A stretch of 64,000 nt of DNA from an uncultured virus (IMG/VR IMGVR_UViG_3300042890_006716) (taxonomy: Duplodnaviria; Heunggongvirae; Uroviricota; Caudoviricetes): IMG/VR virus record IMGVR_UViG_3300042890_006716; one strand, given 5' to 3'. The translations under genes and the position numbers were made by a program. Positions 52,053 through 61,630 of the stretch are shown one piece after another. The notes under the pieces are model-generated. The model saw nothing but the letters and a program-made list of their open reading frames with translations. It was not told where the DNA came from and did no database searches. Position 1 is the first letter of the stretch. Each line of letters starts with the position of its first letter.

Positions 52053-52575
52053 ATTTTTTCCTATTTCCTAAAACTACCGGAACTCCTAAGTAATTTGAAA
52101 TTGACCTTTGTATGACAGACATCCAATCTTCTATTGCATCATCAAGTTGGTAAGGTTCTTCATCAGATATCACTTCAAAAAGTTCGTCTAATGTATATGT
52201 TTGAGTATTACCTTCATCATCCATAAACTCGACTAAAGAATCTTTTAATTGCCAATCTTCAATCAAAATACCAATGTAAGGGTTACCAACTTCTTCTAAA
52301 ACCGTATTTGAATTACTAAAATCCAAATCAAGATAACTTGGGTTATCCTGTCCCCATTGAGCATATGGGTAAATTTTAAATACACCATCTTTTTGAGATA
52401 AACGTTTTACTGAGGTGTCGAAGAACTTATCGGCCCCTGATTCACCAAATCTATCTGCAACCATTTGGGCGAACTTGATTTTGTTCAGATTCATAAAATC
52501 CAAAATATCTGTTGCTTTTGGGTTTGGGTAACCACCTGAATGTTTGAAAATTCTTAAAACGTCATCTAATTTCAT
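52051..52575 (-). CDS. Hypothetical protein
   Basis: 174-aa ORF; TATTTAT upstream on the minus strand. Confidence 0.7.
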   Translation of the reverse strand: MKLDDVLRIFKHSGGYPNPKATDILDFMNLNKIKFAQMVADRFGESGADKFFDTSVKRLSQKDGVFKIYPYAQWGQDNPSYLDLDFSNSNTVLEEVGNPYIGILIEDWQLKDSLVEFMDDEGNTQTYTLDELFEVISDEEPYQLDDAIEDWMSVIQRSISNYLGVPVVLGNRKK

Positions 52576-52663
52576 ATTTTACCTCAAGATATTTAATAAA
52601 TACCACAAGACTGGTATCTTGTTTACATACAAACAACTTAAAACTATTTTTACAAAAAAAACT

Positions 52664-52969
52664 ATGGAAATAAAAATCACATCAAAAGAAATACTCTCCC
52701 ACCCAAACGATTATTCTCTCGGTGAATATGTTCGTCAAAAATATTGGAATGAGATTGAGTTAATGAAATCTAACCGAGATGAACACGTTACGTTACAGAT
52801 AGACGAGAACGGTATGGTTACAAGTTTAGGTAACAGTATCGATGGGTTTGAAGTTTGTATCCAATGTGGTAGAAAAACAAACGTACCAACAGGAACCCAC
52901 GTTGACTTCAGGACCAACTACTACGAAGGTGCCGGACAAGGTTGTGACGGAAGTTGTAGAAATTCTTAA
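52664..52969 (+). CDS. Hypothetical protein with C-terminal Cys motif
   Basis: CIQCG...YEGAGQGCDGSC. Confidence 0.65.
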   Translation: MEIKITSKEILSHPNDYSLGEYVRQKYWNEIELMKSNRDEHVTLQIDENGMVTSLGNSIDGFEVCIQCGRKTNVPTGTHVDFRTNYYEGAGQGCDGSCRNS

Positions 52970-53034
52970 AAAAAGTTTTGGCAGTTTGGATAATATCACT
53001 ATCTTTGTAGTGTTAAAAACAAATACACACACAT

Positions 53035-53499
53035 ATGACAACCACAACCACCACCCCAAAATCTATCATCAAAGTTACTGAAGGCGTAATGGCAGGAGAC
53101 GTATTCTACGGAAGTTTCGAAACCATTGTAAAGAGCAAACGTCACACTGTATCGGTTTCTAACCACCTTAAAGACGAGAACAAAGAGTATGAGTTCCGTA
53201 TCGCTGGTAAGTGTCGAGCAGGGTTCATCAGTATCCACGACACCAAAGGAACTCCCAAGCGAGTTATCAGTGGATACAAGAAGAACACACTTGTTAACGT
53301 TCAAGTGAAGGACGAATACGGTAACTGGATGAACGTATTGACCACCAAAGGAAACAAGTGGAACAGTATCGACAAAGGATTCTTGGACGTGTTGACTGTA
53401 GGTACAATGAGAGAGTCTTTCCCCGATATGTGTGATATGAAGATTTGGGAATTCTTCGGAGCTAAGACTTGGGCAGACCAAGCCTTCACTCAAAACTAA
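53035..53499 (+). CDS. Hypothetical protein, probable early gene
   Basis: Own TATCTTTG promoter and terminator at about 53507-53539. Confidence 0.75.
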   Translation: MTTTTTTPKSIIKVTEGVMAGDVFYGSFETIVKSKRHTVSVSNHLKDENKEYEFRIAGKCRAGFISIHDTKGTPKRVISGYKKNTLVNVQVKDEYGNWMNVLTTKGNKWNSIDKGFLDVLTVGTMRESFPDMCDMKIWEFFGAKTWADQAFTQN

Positions 53500-53600
53500 G
53501 AGTGACAATCCCCTCTAAAAAAAGAGGGGATTTTTTTTTGAATTGTGTTGTGGGAACCAAAACTTTCCTTATCTTTGTATTGAATTTAAAACCAACCAAT

Positions 53601-54341
53601 ATGACAACCACCATCACTACCCAAGAAAAAGTTCGTAACTACCAAGGTAACAACAGCTTCATCCTTAAAATGAAAGAATCTCTTAACCAGTGGGGTCGTT
53701 TGACTCCCAAGCAAGTCGAAGCCGCTGAGAAATGTCTCAATGCACCTGTAACCACTTTGAACGTTGAGGAACGTCCCGAGTTGAAGAAAATCGTTGAATA
53801 CAACGGTGAGAGCACCTTCGTGAAAGACATCTCTCTTAAACTTCAAAAGTGGGGAACGTTGACCAACAAACAAATCAACGCAGCTCTCAAACAAATCGAG
53901 AAGGAAGAAGACAAGTCTAAGACTATCAACTTCAAACTTCCAACCGTAGGAGAAACCATCAAGGTTGGACGTAAAATCGGTCAACAAATGAAGGAGACTT
54001 ACAACCTTGAGTTCAACCCAACAATCTTGGATATCACTAAGATTTTGGCTATCTCACCAAAGGCGGTTAAGTTCTCAGGTAAGATGACCGTAAGCCGTAT
54101 GAAGGTTTGTATGTGTTGTGGTAAAGATTTGACTGATGAGTTCTCAATGTTGACAGGAATGGGTAAGATTTGTTCAAAGCATATGAGAATCCCTTACATC
54201 AAGAACTCTTCTGAAGCCGGAGCTTACCGTGAGGCATACCTCAAACGAGTTGAGGAAATCGGAGAGATGGAGTTTTGGGTTCCGAAACGTCAAATCAAAG
54301 AATGGAACGGGAAGTCTCAGATTATGATGGAGTGGGTATAA
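53601..54341 (+). CDS. Hypothetical protein with two LTxKQ repeats and a DUF6011-like Zn motif
   Basis: WGRLTPKQ and WGTLTNKQ; CMCCGKDLTDEFS...GMGKIC. Confidence 0.7.
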   Translation: MTTTITTQEKVRNYQGNNSFILKMKESLNQWGRLTPKQVEAAEKCLNAPVTTLNVEERPELKKIVEYNGESTFVKDISLKLQKWGTLTNKQINAALKQIEKEEDKSKTINFKLPTVGETIKVGRKIGQQMKETYNLEFNPTILDITKILAISPKAVKFSGKMTVSRMKVCMCCGKDLTDEFSMLTGMGKICSKHMRIPYIKNSSEAGAYREAYLKRVEEIGEMEFWVPKRQIKEWNGKSQIMMEWV

Positions 54342-54356
54342 GATGGTTGGTGAATT

Positions 54357-54383
54357 GGTCCTCGAAAGAGGACCTTTTCTTTT
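54357..54383 (+). terminator. Intrinsic terminator
   Basis: ggtcctc-gaaa-gaggacc followed by a T-rich tract. Confidence 0.8.
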
Positions 54384-54428
54384 ATATGAACTTTACAACA
54401 ACACTTTAAATAACTATGTTTTGAACGT

Positions 54429-55676
54429 ATGAAGACAAAAAAACCGTCAGCAATAGTGTATGGATTAGGTACGGAAGGTGAAACAACCTTAATCTCACAA
54501 ATATACTGGGAAGAACATCTGTTTGATGATGTTGTTGTTTATAATCTACCATATACAAACGATGTCGTTGGTGATTATACAAAATATAAACCTGACTTAA
54601 TTATAAGTTTTGGTGAAGAAGTAAACATCCCACACTATCATTTGAAAAGATTTCACATTCACTATGATGAACCGATTGATGAAGCAATTTTGGCGAACGT
54701 AATTGTTTGTCAGACTGTGTTTAGAAACTGTGAATATTTTAGACCAAGATTTACAATTTTCACACCAACCTACAAAACAGGAGAAAGGATTTATAGGACT
54801 TATGAGTCTTTAAACAACCAAACCTTTGATAATTGGGAATGGGTTGTGGTTGATGATTCGCCTGACCCTGAAACTTGGGAGATGATAACTGAAATTGCGG
54901 AGAAAGACTATCGGGTAAAACCTCACAGGATTTATCCATTATCGGGTGGTAATATTGGTTTGGCTAAACATCGTGCAGCTATGTTAGGTGATGGTGATTG
55001 GTTGATTGAATTGGACCACGATGATTGTTTGGTTACAACTTGTCTTGAAACCGCTAATGATGCAATATTAAAATACCCTGACGCGGGATTTCTTTATACT
55101 GATTGTTCAGAGATATACGAGGACGGTGAACCTAAGTTTTATGACCACGATTGGACTGGTAATTGGTATGCTCGTCACGATAACTATTTTGACTTTGGGT
55201 ATGCTGGACACAGTTGGGTAAATGTTGACGGTGTTGATAGACTTGCTCATTGGTACCCTGATGTAAACCCACTCACAATTAGATTCAATATCACAATGCC
55301 AAACCACGCTAGAATGTGGGAGAGAAGTGTTTATCATAATATTTCAGGACACAATAAATTAACACCTGTTGCTGATGACTTGGAGATTCTTATTCGTACA
55401 TTTTTAGAAACCAAGATGATTCACGTAAAGAAGGTGTTATATCTACAATACAACAATAACAACTCAACAGTTGATAATAATGCAACAGATATTAATCGTA
55501 GGGCCAGATTAATCAGGGACTTCTATGATAAAAGAATACACGACAGAATTGAAGAAATGGGTTATTTTGATTGGAATTGGGATGAGATTACACAACACTC
55601 ACAAAAGTTCCAAAACAGTGTCCCAATCAAAAAATACTATAAACAAGAACAAGTAATGAATTACATTTATGAATAA
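54429..55676 (+). CDS. Glycosyltransferase family 2
   Basis: TIFTPTY, WEWVVVDDS, ELDHDD and ADDLE motifs. Confidence 0.85.
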   Translation: MKTKKPSAIVYGLGTEGETTLISQIYWEEHLFDDVVVYNLPYTNDVVGDYTKYKPDLIISFGEEVNIPHYHLKRFHIHYDEPIDEAILANVIVCQTVFRNCEYFRPRFTIFTPTYKTGERIYRTYESLNNQTFDNWEWVVVDDSPDPETWEMITEIAEKDYRVKPHRIYPLSGGNIGLAKHRAAMLGDGDWLIELDHDDCLVTTCLETANDAILKYPDAGFLYTDCSEIYEDGEPKFYDHDWTGNWYARHDNYFDFGYAGHSWVNVDGVDRLAHWYPDVNPLTIRFNITMPNHARMWERSVYHNISGHNKLTPVADDLEILIRTFLETKMIHVKKVLYLQYNNNNSTVDNNATDINRRARLIRDFYDKRIHDRIEEMGYFDWNWDEITQHSQKFQNSVPIKKYYKQEQVMNYIYE

Positions 55677-56826
55677 AAAAACCAAAATTTGCTTAAACGC
55701 GATGGTGGCTAATGAGGCCAGAACTATCACAAGAATGTTAGACTCCTGTTTCCAATATATTGATTATTGGGTTATACAGGACAATGGGTCTACTGACGGA
55801 ACACAAGACATTATAAGAAACTACTTCAAAGAAAAAGGGATTCCTGGATTCCTGTATGAGATTGAATGGCAATATCCAGGATGGAATAGAGACCATACCT
55901 TACAGGAATGTTTGAAGGCTGACCACGGATGTGATTGGATTCTGAGAATGGATGCTGATGAACAACTAATTGTTGATGAGGACTTTGATTGGACTGTATT
56001 GGAAGACACTTCAATTGATTCATTCAACATTACAGCTCAGGCAATGGGTACAAAGTATTACAGAACTTGGTTATGGAATGCAAAAAGACCTTGGTTTTTT
56101 CAACACGATAAAAGACACGAAACAATTCACTTACCTGAAGTCGGTGAAAATTTCCAAAGAATGGTTCTACCTTTTGGATTTAGACACTTAATCACAAATG
56201 ATGGTCAGACTTGGTTTGCACCAAGAAAGTTTTTGAGAGATGCTTTGGAATTAGAAATTGACAAAGTTGTTGGAAACACCATCAATGAGGATATGTATCA
56301 TCTTTGGTATGTTGGTAAGAGTTATGCTGATTGTTATGGAAATCCTGATGAACTTGCATTTGGAAAGGACCACTCAGACGAATATGCTCGTAGAGCGATT
56401 TTCTACTTTAATAAGTTTTTAGCACTTAATCACAACTGGTTTAATACTGGTAAACCTGCAAGATTAGATGAGATGTCATATCTAACATTTATACTTTTGG
56501 GTGAAGCATATAACTTTAGAGGGGAGTATGATAAAGCGGAAGAACACTACAAATCTGCAGGACCGTTCTCTCCAACAAGAAATGAACACTTGATGTATTT
56601 GGCATTCTTTTATGAGAAAAGACAAAGGAACAAAGAAGCTCTTGAGGTTGTTGAACAAATGATTAATGAAGGTAGAGAAAACCCATATCCTAATTTGTGT
56701 TTCTTGATTGAGGATAGATGTTATACTAATTCATCTAACTTCTTGTATGAGTTCAAAGAAAGATTAGAGAACAAGATTAATAAACCTGTATTATCTCCTG
56801 ACAGTGTCGTTTTTGACTTCCTATAG
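55669..56826 (+). CDS. Glycosyltransferase family 2 with TPR-like C-terminus
   Basis: CLNAMVANEA, QDNGSTDGT, RMDADE, HE; helical TPR-like repeats. Confidence 0.85.
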   Translation: MNKKTKICLNAMVANEARTITRMLDSCFQYIDYWVIQDNGSTDGTQDIIRNYFKEKGIPGFLYEIEWQYPGWNRDHTLQECLKADHGCDWILRMDADEQLIVDEDFDWTVLEDTSIDSFNITAQAMGTKYYRTWLWNAKRPWFFQHDKRHETIHLPEVGENFQRMVLPFGFRHLITNDGQTWFAPRKFLRDALELEIDKVVGNTINEDMYHLWYVGKSYADCYGNPDELAFGKDHSDEYARRAIFYFNKFLALNHNWFNTGKPARLDEMSYLTFILLGEAYNFRGEYDKAEEHYKSAGPFSPTRNEHLMYLAFFYEKRQRNKEALEVVEQMINEGRENPYPNLCFLIEDRCYTNSSNFLYEFKERLENKINKPVLSPDSVVFDFL

Positions 56827-57931
56827 ACATTATGACTTTGTAATCGTGGGGGCAGGTCTCTTTGGAGCAATCTGCGCCCACGAACTAAGTAAGAAATTCA
56901 ACGTATTAGTTGTTGAAAAAAGAAATCATATCGGTGGAAACTGTTATACTGAAAATATAGACGGTATACACGTTCACAAGTATGGTGCTCACATATTCCA
57001 TACTAATGATGAAAGAGTTTGGAACTACGTAAACAGATTTGCAACTTTTAATCAGTTTGTTAATTCACCTTTGGCTAACTATAAGGGTGAGATTTACTCA
57101 TTACCTTTCAATATGTGGACATTCAATCAACTGTGGGGTGTTAACACACCTGAAAAGGCACAGTATATGATTGATGAACAAAAATATAAGGGACCTATCA
57201 CTAATTTGGAAGAACAAGCTCTTTCAATGGTAGGGACTGACATATATGAAAAGTTGATTAAAGGTTATACTGAGAAACAATGGGATAAGAAATGTTCTGA
57301 ACTACCACCATCCATTATTAAAAGATTACCTGTTAGATTTACTTGGAATAACAATTATTTCAATGACAAGTACCAAGGAATTCCTGACGGAGGTTATACC
57401 CAAATTTTTGAAAAACTACTATCAGGTATTGAAGTACTGACTGAATTTGATTTTTTTGAGAATAGAGATATCCTTGAGTCTTTATCTGATAAGATAATTT
57501 ACACAGGACCAATTGATAAGTTTTACGATTACGAATTTGGTCGATTGGAATATCGTAGTCTTAGATGGGAGAATTACCAATTAGAAGTTGACAACTTCCA
57601 AGGAAACCCTGTAATGAATTTTACTGATTCTGATACTAAGTATACTCGAATATTAGAACATAAATGGTTTGACCCTAAGAATCAAAAAGGTACTTATATC
57701 AGTAAGGAATACTCTTGTGAGTATACTGGTGAGAACGAACCATATTACCCAATCAGAGACGGTAAAAATGTTGAGATTTATGAAAAATATAAATCATTGA
57801 CAGAGTCTGAATCTAAATACATATTTGGGGGTAGACTTGGGACCTATGCTTATTATGATATGCACCAAGTGGTTGCTCAAGCGTTACATACGGTAGATGG
57901 GATTTTTCGTAAATACGACTACTCGAAGTAA
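56804..57931 (+). CDS. glf: UDP-galactopyranose mutase
   Basis: VGAGLFG, HIGGNCY, HKYGAHIFHT, YTEKQW, EPYYP, GRLGTYAYYDMHQ. Confidence 0.95.
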   Translation: MSFLTSYRHYDFVIVGAGLFGAICAHELSKKFNVLVVEKRNHIGGNCYTENIDGIHVHKYGAHIFHTNDERVWNYVNRFATFNQFVNSPLANYKGEIYSLPFNMWTFNQLWGVNTPEKAQYMIDEQKYKGPITNLEEQALSMVGTDIYEKLIKGYTEKQWDKKCSELPPSIIKRLPVRFTWNNNYFNDKYQGIPDGGYTQIFEKLLSGIEVLTEFDFFENRDILESLSDKIIYTGPIDKFYDYEFGRLEYRSLRWENYQLEVDNFQGNPVMNFTDSDTKYTRILEHKWFDPKNQKGTYISKEYSCEYTGENEPYYPIRDGKNVEIYEKYKSLTESESKYIFGGRLGTYAYYDMHQVVAQALHTVDGIFRKYDYSK

Positions 57932-58206
57932 TAGTCGGTGAGACAGAAAGTGTCTTTTGTTAGTTGTGATGTAACAGAATCAATTCTTTCTTTTATTTGA
58001 GAAATTATTTGAGGTTGGTTAACATCATCGTTATATGTCTTGATAGTAAGACCATAAACCCAATCACACATTGCGCTTCTAACAGGAGATTTAAGTAAGA
58101 ATTGTATTTCAACTGAACGAATATTTTTGAATGCAGGATTTTTACTAACCATATTTTTTACAATTTTGGTCAATACTCTTCTCATATAAAAATTCCTGTC
58201 GGCCAT
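57919..58206 (-). CDS. Hypothetical protein
   Basis: 95-aa ORF; TATCTTTG upstream on the minus strand. Confidence 0.6.
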   Translation of the reverse strand: MADRNFYMRRVLTKIVKNMVSKNPAFKNIRSVEIQFLLKSPVRSAMCDWVYGLTIKTYNDDVNQPQIISQIKERIDSVTSQLTKDTFCLTDYYFE

Positions 58207-58265
58207 AATGAATCAAAGATATATGATAAATACTTTGTAATTGTATATTTATAGATAAAAATATT

Positions 58266-59060
58266 ATGTCAAAACCACTTTTGAAAGAAGTTAATAAGCA
58301 GTTTAGACTTATGGGTTTAAATGAACAAGCTATTGGGAGACTTGCCGATTTTTTAAAAACCCTTTCAGCATTTGCGCCTGAAGAGAAACCAAAAGGTGAT
58401 GAGGTTAAAACCGACGACCTTGAAGTTTCCGATAATGGTAAAATCAAACACAGTTATAGTGGTGAAGCCGGCAGAAACGTAGAAATCGTGATAGATGAAA
58501 TGAATAAAATGGGTATTACTGATGTTGATACTCAAATTGGTATATTAAGTGTTTTGGCCAAAGAATCTGGTTTTCAGATGGGTTCTGAAATTGGTTACGG
58601 TAATACAAGTAACGATAGAATCAGAAGTATTTTTGGTAAAAGAGCCCAAAGGTTAAGTGATAGACAGTTAACGAGACTTAAAAAAAGTAATAAGGACTTT
58701 TTTGAATATATGTATGGGTACAAATCAGGTATCAGATTGGGTAACACTGAACCTGGTGATGGATACAAATACAGAGGTAGAGGGTTCAATGGACTAACAG
58801 GTAGAGCGAACTACAAAAAATATGGTAGTCTTGTTGGTGAAAACCTTGAAGGTAATCCTGATTCATTAGATGACCCAAGAGTAGCTGCCAAAGTTGCAAT
58901 TGCCTTTATGTTAAAAGGTAAATCACCAAATTCACTTCCTAAATTTGATAATGAAAAAGACGCGTCTAACTATTTTGCTGACTTGAATGCTGGTGGTTCA
59001 TCAGGTATGGCACGTTCTAAAGCAAGTGAAACTTTATCTAAGTTTGAAAAAATCGCGTAA
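58266..59060 (+). CDS. Glycoside hydrolase family 19 (chitinase-like peptidoglycan hydrolase)
   Basis: KESG...LGNTEPGDGYKYRGRGFNGLTGRANY. Confidence 0.85.
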   Translation: MSKPLLKEVNKQFRLMGLNEQAIGRLADFLKTLSAFAPEEKPKGDEVKTDDLEVSDNGKIKHSYSGEAGRNVEIVIDEMNKMGITDVDTQIGILSVLAKESGFQMGSEIGYGNTSNDRIRSIFGKRAQRLSDRQLTRLKKSNKDFFEYMYGYKSGIRLGNTEPGDGYKYRGRGFNGLTGRANYKKYGSLVGENLEGNPDSLDDPRVAAKVAIAFMLKGKSPNSLPKFDNEKDASNYFADLNAGGSSGMARSKASETLSKFEKIA

Positions 59061-59099
59061 TTTTTTGATTTAATCTATATTTTATTTTACCTTTGTCCT

Positions 59100-59768
59100 A
59101 TGAAACTTGTATTAGAGAAAGGACAGCGGTTATTTTTTACCAGTGATACTCACTATGGTCACGGTAATATTTGTAGCGCAACTACAAAATGGGTTGGCGC
59201 TGAAAATCTAACTCGAGATTTCAAATCCCTTGACCATATGAATGATGTCTTGGTCAACAACATCAATGAGATGATTGGTGAGAATGATATATTGATTCAC
59301 TTAGGTGACTGGTCTTTCGGTGGATTCGATAAGATTGAAGAGTTTCGTAACAGAATCTTATGTAAAAACGTTTACTTAGTTTTTGGTAACCACGACCACC
59401 ACATTCGTAGAGATAAAGAAGACATCCAAAGGGTGTTCAAAGGATGTTTTGATTACTTACATTTAGATTTGAGGATTCCCAACGGAAAGATTGTAGATAA
59501 GATTTCTATCGTATGTCTACACTATCCAATAGCGTCTTGGAATGGTATGAATGATGGGGTAATTCACTTACACGGACACGTTCACTTACCATCACATCTT
59601 AAGATTGCTGATGGACGAGCAATGGACGTTGGGGTTGACGGTAACAACTTATATCCTTATGATTTAAGTGAGATTCGTTCTTTGTTGAAGGACCGACCAA
59701 AAGTAAGGTTAACACTTCCTAAAGACCATCACGAAAAAAGAATTGACCCCACGGAAGTTGACAGTTAA
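59100..59768 (+). CDS. Calcineurin-like metallophosphoesterase
   Basis: SDTHYGH, HLGD, GNHD, HYP, HGHVH and DVGVD motifs. Confidence 0.9.
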   Translation: MKLVLEKGQRLFFTSDTHYGHGNICSATTKWVGAENLTRDFKSLDHMNDVLVNNINEMIGENDILIHLGDWSFGGFDKIEEFRNRILCKNVYLVFGNHDHHIRRDKEDIQRVFKGCFDYLHLDLRIPNGKIVDKISIVCLHYPIASWNGMNDGVIHLHGHVHLPSHLKIADGRAMDVGVDGNNLYPYDLSEIRSLLKDRPKVRLTLPKDHHEKRIDPTEVDS

Positions 59769-59807
59769 TAAAAAACATTTATATTTGTAAAACTTAAATA
59801 GAAGATT

Positions 59808-60242
59808 ATGACGATTAAACAAGCACTAAAACAAAAAGCTCGATTGGTGAAAAGTATCAATGAGAGAATTGTTCGAATTGAAAAAGATAACTCAGTTATC
59901 GAAGGAGCCATCCGTAGTTATGACCCACAGACAGAATTGCAGAGTTTGTTGGAAGAAACTAACCAATTGATTGAATTGAAGACTGCAATCCACAGGGCGA
60001 ATAATGAAGTTTATGACAAGATTTTCCGTTTGTCTGAATTGAAAAATTTGGTTAAGACCTTGAAGAAAATGGATACCCAAGAGGGTAACGTTAGTCGTAG
60101 AGGTTATGGTGAATCAATGTTGTTGAACTATAATGTAGTTATCAGCGCTAGCACCCGAGACAAAATGGTTAAGTCTTATGAAGACGAGATTGACGCTCTT
60201 CAGGACGAGTTAGACACATACAACGCGACAAAAACGTTGTAA
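59808..60242 (+). CDS. DIP1984/DUF6847-like coiled-coil protein
   Basis: MTIKQALK...LIELKTAIHRAN...IDALQDELDTYNATK pattern. Confidence 0.65.
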   Translation: MTIKQALKQKARLVKSINERIVRIEKDNSVIEGAIRSYDPQTELQSLLEETNQLIELKTAIHRANNEVYDKIFRLSELKNLVKTLKKMDTQEGNVSRRGYGESMLLNYNVVISASTRDKMVKSYEDEIDALQDELDTYNATKTL

Positions 60243-60251
60243 AAGAAAGTT

Positions 60252-60425
60252 GTGTTTGGTTGGTGTTTTTGGAGATTTAGTTACATAAAAACTCTACTAT
60301 CCATTAGATAATTGATGACGTTAAAGTATTCAAAAATTAGATTGTTCACCTGTTCAAAAATCACTGAGAGAGTCAAACCTTAAAACTCATTAAAACCTTT
60401 ATTGAAGAAAACCTAGCCAACACAC
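60252..60425 (+). ncRNA. Candidate structured RNA in the 3' region of the DIP1984-like gene
   Basis: Long closing stem between 60252-60270 and 60407-60425, enclosing repeated TTCAAAAAT and TTAAAAC motifs; lies inside the terminator. Confidence 0.45.
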
Positions 60426-60426
60426 T

Positions 60427-60454
60427 AACCCCTCACTTCGGTGGGGGGTTTTTT
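60427..60454 (+). terminator. Intrinsic terminator (ccctcac/gtggggg family)
   Basis: aacccctcac-ttcg-gtggggggtt followed by a T-run. Confidence 0.85.
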
Positions 60455-60466
60455 AAAAAAACGAGT

Positions 60467-60712
60467 ATGAAAAATATCCTTATAAAAACGTTATTCCATT
60501 TAGCATTAATCGTAATCACTGTATTGGTGATGTGGGAAATTATGGACTATTCATTTATTTTTATGAATAAACCTGACAGTGCACTTGTAATAATTGGCTT
60601 CGCATTTTTATTAGCAACCTTTATTGGCGGAGTTTATGTAATTAAAAATGTTGCGGATTCATTAATTAATTTATTTAAAACAAACAAAAAAGAAGATGAG
60701 CAATCTAACTAA
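60467..60712 (+). CDS. Two-TM membrane protein
   Basis: Two hydrophobic helices; overlaps the SPFH gene. Confidence 0.65.
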   Translation: MKNILIKTLFHLALIVITVLVMWEIMDYSFIFMNKPDSALVIIGFAFLLATFIGGVYVIKNVADSLINLFKTNKKEDEQSN

Positions 60713-61550
60713 AATTTTGGGAAGCGTAATTGCTTTGGTATTAATTTTCACTATGTTCGCAGGATGTGAACGTATTGATGCAGGACACGTAGGTGTTAAG
60801 GTAAATCTCTATGGAGATGGTAAAGGTGTTGATGATGTTACTGAGGTAACAGGGTGGGTATTTTATAACCCAATCAGTACAAAAATTGTTGAGTTCCCAA
60901 CATACGTTCAACACAAAGAATATAAGTTGGACAGGGAGAATGAAATCGATGAGTCGTTTGTTGTTAACTCAAAAGACGGTTCCGAGTTTCACGTATCACC
61001 ATTGTTGAACTACTCAGTTAAACGTGAAAAAGTACCTTACATTTTTTCAAAGTATCGTGTTGAGTTGGGTGATATTGAAGGTGGATTTCTAAAGACGGCT
61101 GTGTATGATGCTTTCCGAGTTGTTGCTAACTCATACACTGCGGATGAATTGATTTCAAACCGTGAATTGTTTGAGTTGAAGGTTAGAAGTGTTTTGGTAA
61201 AACAACTTGAACCTGAAGGGTTTATTCTAAGTCAGTTTACATCTAACTTGGTTTACCCTGAAACATTCAAGAAAGCAATTGAAGCTAAGAATAACGCGGT
61301 CCAAGCGGCTTTAACGGCTGAGAACAAAGTAAAACAAGCTGAGGCTGAGGCTAAGATTAAAGTGGCAACTGCTGAAGGTAACGCTCAGGCGATGTTAACA
61401 AGAGCTAAGGCTGAAGCGGAAGCAAACCGACTACGACAACAAACACTAACTCCTATGTTGATTCAACAACAATGGATTGAGAAGTGGAAAGGTAACGTAC
61501 CGTCCACGGTCCTGGGAAATGGAACCAATCTAATGTATGGGATTAAGTAA
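60696..61550 (+). CDS. SPFH/Band-7 (prohibitin-like) protein
   Basis: RIDAGHVGVKV, AIEAK, AEAEAKIK...AEGNA, QQWIEKW.G.VP. Confidence 0.9.
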   Translation: MSNLTKILGSVIALVLIFTMFAGCERIDAGHVGVKVNLYGDGKGVDDVTEVTGWVFYNPISTKIVEFPTYVQHKEYKLDRENEIDESFVVNSKDGSEFHVSPLLNYSVKREKVPYIFSKYRVELGDIEGGFLKTAVYDAFRVVANSYTADELISNRELFELKVRSVLVKQLEPEGFILSQFTSNLVYPETFKKAIEAKNNAVQAALTAENKVKQAEAEAKIKVATAEGNAQAMLTRAKAEAEANRLRQQTLTPMLIQQQWIEKWKGNVPSTVLGNGTNLMYGIK

Positions 61551-61555
61551 CTTTG

Positions 61556-61583
61556 AAACCCTCACCAATCGGTGGGGGTTTTT
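61556..61583 (+). terminator. Intrinsic terminator (ccctcac/gtggggg family)
   Basis: aaaccctcacc-aatc-ggtgggggttt. Confidence 0.8.
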
Positions 61584-61630
61584 ACTTTATGATGACAATA
61601 TTCTGAAATATATGTTCTATATTTGAAATT

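Noticed and set aside
52999..53987. Long antisense ORFs opposite the early genes
   Set aside because: Shadow ORFs produced by the codon bias of the + strand genes
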